64,000 nt of DNA from Chrysomallon squamiferum (lineage: Eukaryota; Animalia; Mollusca): assembly GCA_012295275.1 (NCBI GenBank), contig CM022679.1, forward strand, positions 18,290,001-18,354,000, in the 5' to 3' direction. Positions 61,331 through 64,000 of this stretch are shown here, one piece after another. Position 1 is the stretch's first letter, and the number at the start of each line of letters is the position of its first letter. The position numbers were made by a program, and so were the translations under genes. Under the pieces are notes generated by a model. The model did not search any database, was not told the DNA's origin, and was given only the letters and a program-made list of their open reading frames with translations.

Positions 61331-64000
61331 CGAAGATCGTTATTTTAGTTAAGTTTATTATATTGTTTATTTCTTAGTGGACATTGGTTGAGGGTTTTTA
61401 TTTATTTATATTTATTTATTTTTTTACTTATTTATATATATATATATTTTTTTTTCCTTATTTTTTACTATTATCGCGATCAAAGAGATCTCTTTCAAAA
61501 CGCGTGCCGCTACTTATACACCCATCGCTCGGGTGTTCAATCTACACCTTTGCAGATAGCCTTTCTGAGTTTACTTTACAGCTTTTAATGCGAATTTTGA
61601 GTTTGTTAAATCCCAGAGTTTCTTAATATATTAAATAACGGAACTTTCCCTAGTTATATAATACAGCTTCTAAACAGCCCATGCGTTTGCATACGCTCTG
61701 CTATTTAGTTTTTGTGTATTTTTACCCCCATTTTCTGTATTTAATTAGGTAAAGAGTTAAGAATTATAAAAATATATATTATAAACATGATTATACCAGA
61801 CAGCTAAATAAATAGTACCGTAATATAATAAGACATTTAAGATAAAATATAGCAGACATTCTGCTTTAATGGGATAATAAAATAGGGATTTTGTGAATAT
61901 TCTATAATTCACTACATAGAAAACAAAATTACAATTAATAACAAGGCTGATAAACAGGCACTAATGAGGTTCCGTCACAAAACCTTGCCATTTCTTCGCA
62001 GAATAGTTATCGATTAAGCTTTTTATAGTCATACAGAGGATAGCACATAATGCACTTTTACTAGTGATAACACAAAAATGAGATTAATAACTGACTTGAA
62101 GAAGAACCAGTTAACTGATCCATTCACGAAAGTTTCCTCATTTCTTAAGTACATTGATTTAGCTCCATTTTAATGAATTTGCTTTTTATTTTTATATCAC
62201 CGAAGTTTGCCTTTATCAAAATAAAACTCTCAAAGCTATTAAATTCAACATTTGCCATCCACATCCAGTGAAAGGGAATAAGTAATAGTCAGTTAATAAT
62301 GTAGTCAGAACAGCACAGTGAGATCTTCAACCTTGATCATAGGGTTTTACCACACAGCTACATTGACTGTAATATTTACAGTCTTTTGTTATTAAGATAA
62401 AAAGTAATTAAACTAGGGTCAAAACGAATGGTCTGAACAGTTTATATAGAATGTTTATTTTTATTTTTTTCAAATAGGTTCAGTAGCACGCTTTGCTTAA
62501 GCATTACATATCCACTATGCATAATTTTCATGCATTACTGCTGCATTCGTTATGTTCGGTTATAGCGTCTGCTTTGGAGTCAAATACTGTTCACAGATGA
62601 ATGCAGGAGAGAGCTTCGCTGACAACGTGAGACAAAATCACCGGTTCGATAATTTGAATGTAGCTGACAGCACCAGCTTCTTTTTTATGTAATATGCAGT
62701 TCACTGCGATTTATTACTCCTGCATAAATATTTATAATATTAAAACACTAAAATACATTGAAATAACAGAACAGCACCAGACACCGAAAACACTTATTAC
62801 CATTGTTGTCATGAAACTGAAATAACCGTGAGAAAGAAATTATGAAACACGGCTTAGCAGGGTAATCAACAGCAGTCGGTCCTTTTTTCTGCATTACAGT
62901 CTCCCATTGGCTGTTCAGTGTGTTTATGTTGTTATCACAAGATAGATTCTGTGGGGTTTGGGTGTAAATTCTGATTAATGGTCTGGTAAAAAAATTTGAT
63001 AGTCAGTTTGTTGTATGCTGTATGTGAATATTACAGTGCTCTGAAATAGTTATATAACCCAGAAACAACTGACAGAAAGATTTGCTGAGCTTCCTGGATA
63101 GCGAATTAGTTTATAGTAAGTTGCGATCATCTGCATGTTATTATTAATATTATTATTATTTAAACTAAACAGATTTCTGTTACAAATACATTCAACATAA
63201 AAATACTTCATAACCATACATACAGGTTTAGAACATTTCTGAACTATAATTTTGGGTAATAATATTAAATATGGTTACTAGAATTATTTTAGAAAATTGT
63301 AATGTTATGTTACAGCATAACAGGAAATAGTTAAGGAAAGCTAACGGGTTATAATTAAATAATAATATAATAATAATAATAATAATAATAACAGGGAAAA
63401 AAATCAAAACCTATGAAAACATTGCATTACTTTATTGTATAATTTATTGTATTCAAAAGAGAAATTCAAATGTCTTTTTGCTCACTTCATTATTATTATT
63501 TCAAAAATTGTTAAATATATTTATAGTAAGATAATATTTCGCCAGAAATTAAGTTTTTGCACATACAGCTTATTCTGAAAGTATTTTTTATTCACAGAAG
63601 AGGTCATGATTTTATAAACATACTCCAAGGAATATCATTTGCCATCAGTATAATTATCAGCAATAATTTGGCGAGTTGACACTCTTAGCTGATTCTGGTA
63701 ACTGCTAGAATTCAGCAACACTGAGAATGTCTACGTATGAAACAGATCGCATGGAGTTTTTCATATGTTTGATCTGCTAATACTTCGATATTTCTTTTCT
63801 GCCAGGACGTGGATAATCAGTATAATCAGATGCATGTTTGATGTTGTTATTAGACGAAATAATGGTTAACGCTGGAAACAGATTTAGAGACAAATGAGCC
63901 ACTGTTATATATACTCCTCACTCTGTGTCTTAAAGTTACAATATTAGAGAAAAGAAAAAGACATAAACATATCAACGTTATGGGTACATATATACATATT

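Noticed and set aside
61955-62140. Hammerhead-ribozyme-like fragments (CTAATGAG...AAAAC; TTGAAGAAG...CGAAAG)
   Set aside because: The core nucleotides and stems II/III cannot be assembled convincingly.

Overview
AT-rich animal genomic DNA with GT-AG introns, many microsatellites and decayed transposons. It is probably an invertebrate; mollusc-like is my inference. I assembled five protein-coding genes by hand: the 3' part of TBL3/UTP13 (+, 437-10914, 5' end outside the window), DNAJC12 (-, 18075-12162), SIRT1 (+, 18203-28189), an unrecognised ~450-aa protein with an N-myristoylation/palmitoylation motif and a DSGIGS degron (-, 47682/47673-44197), and a CHST8-14/HNK-1-type carbohydrate sulfotransferase (+, ~53312-56726). 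DNAJC12 and SIRT1 lie head-to-head with only 127 nt between start codons, and that gap carries CCAAT and NRF1-like motifs. Repeats include three copies of a Tigger/pogo-derived non-autonomous element (two inverted in one TBL3 intron), a decayed L1/Tx1 LINE, Tc1 and piggyBac relics and several MITE-like elements. I found no tRNA, rRNA or CRISPR features and no clearly new multi-gene system. The best leads are the very compact DNAJC12-SIRT1 promoter, the orphan lipid-anchored protein, and RNA-structure/splicing features. All calls come from manual reading; no database searches were run.
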